A program made the translations under genes and the position numbers. The notes beneath the pieces are model-generated. The model searched no databases. It was given only the letters and a program-made list of their open reading frames with translations, and was not told the DNA's origin. Of a stretch of DNA of 64,000 nucleotides, positions 61,714 through 64,000 are shown piece after piece; the stretch's first letter is position 1; every line of letters begins with the position of its first letter. This DNA comes from the human T2T-CHM13v2.0 reference genome, Homo sapiens. Where the stretch lies: NCBI RefSeq assembly GCF_009914755.1, contig NC_060942.1. One strand, written 5' to 3'.

Positions 61714-62211
61714 CTAACGCACAAAAATGTGGAAGGCTTATTCAGGTGACAAAGGAAAATTGCTTTGAAGTTATTCTTTTTCTATACTCAAAACATCACT
61801 TCTAATGTAGGAAATCAATATTTTGAAGCTACAGTTTTTAGAGATGCTACTAAAAAGCATGGTACTTACAAAATGCCAAAGGAATGCTTCTAAAGTTGGT
61901 ATGAGTTTTCCTCCCAAACCAGGAATCCCTTGTTACTAGTATTCACACAGATAAGTAACTTCTTAGTTTTGAAATATTAAAATTCATCAAACATGCTTCA
62001 TTAAGGGAAAAAAAGGCAGTTTGTATCTAAACAGTAAAGAAATTTATAAATTTTTTCTTGTTTTCTCATTGTGAAGCTATTTGAATAACCCGTTTCAAGC
62101 AAAAGTTATCATGGATTTTCCTGAGGTTTATTAAAAGTGACAGGTTTAGCCTAGACCGTTTCAGTATTTCTATAAACTCACTGATGAATCAGTAAGCTAC
62201 CAGTACAAGGG

Positions 62212-62520
<309 letters not shown>

Positions 62521-62805
62521 GGGTGTTTTTTTGTTTTTGTTTTTTTTAGTTAAAAGAACGTATAGCCAGTGGAAAACAGAGCTTGTACAAAAGTACCTTT
62601 GACAGAATTGCCAGGATTGATGATTGTAGGAAATTTATTATTATCTTCATTTACAGATATACATTATGACCTTCAAAGTTTGTAGGAAATTTAAATTTCC
62701 ACCTCCTGCCTTTTGTGCACATAATGAGATTTTGAAAATGCAAACCTACACTTATGTGGATGAATTTTGAAAAAATTCTTTTTAGTGTTAGAAGAATACA
62801 GTTGG

Positions 62806-63146
<341 letters not shown>

Positions 63147-63204
63147 TTAAAGCTGGGGGTCAGGATCTGTGGTGGCATCCTTCTGAGCCTTTCTATGAAT
63201 TTTA

Positions 63205-63534
<330 letters not shown>

Positions 63535-64000
63535 TAGGAATTTTACGTGTCTATATGCTTAAATATAAAAACGTATGCTTATTTTATTTTAAGGTAGTGT
63601 ATGTATTGTTTTGTGACCTGATTTTTTTTTTTAACTTAATGTTCAATCTTGATTGTTCCACTTCAGTACTTACAGTGACTCTAACCTCACTTTTAATCAG
63701 GGCATGGTACTCCATAAAAAAGGAATGTGCCAAAAACGATGTGAATGCACTTAACACTGTTGAACTGTGCATTTAGATATGGTTACCATGGTAAATTTTA
63801 TGCTATGTGTATTTTTACCACAATCTGAAAAATAAAGGATGTACCATGATTGTTACATAATCGTTTATGTACCATTGTCATGGATATGTACATGATTTCT
63901 AGTGCTTTGCTATGTTACAAATAACTGTGCACCAAACGTTTTTGTACATGTGATCCTCAATTTGGGAGATTTTATTTCTGTGGTTTAAAACATTGCCTCT

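Overview
Primate (very likely human) euchromatic DNA with about 70 Alu copies or fragments, plus ERV/MaLR solo LTRs, L1/L2/MIR relics and Tigger/Charlie DNA-transposon fossils. An Alu-free block (~35.6-47.0 kb) holds a strong CpG island (~40.2-41.4 kb) and several non-coding 5' exons of a + strand gene. I recognise these from memory of the mRNA 5'UTR as ZNF532 (18q21.32); this is not verified by search. The main CDS would start beyond the window. Positions 1-39.9 kb are upstream/intergenic and 42.8-64 kb are intronic. No conventional protein-coding exon, tRNA, rRNA or CRISPR array is supported; almost all ORFs in the track are Alu- or GC-repeat artefacts. The most interesting observations are: (1) two overlapping uORFs in the spliced 5'UTR that both end in W-G-C-F-stop, the second created only by removing an 84-nt intron; (2) a strong-Kozak poly-alanine micro-ORF over GCC/GCA repeats in the CpG island; (3) a three-level nested LTR stack (MLT1 > MER51 > LTR12); (4) an orphan CpG-rich element at ~24.3-24.95 kb. 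Repeat subfamily names and most repeat boundaries were judged by eye and are approximate.
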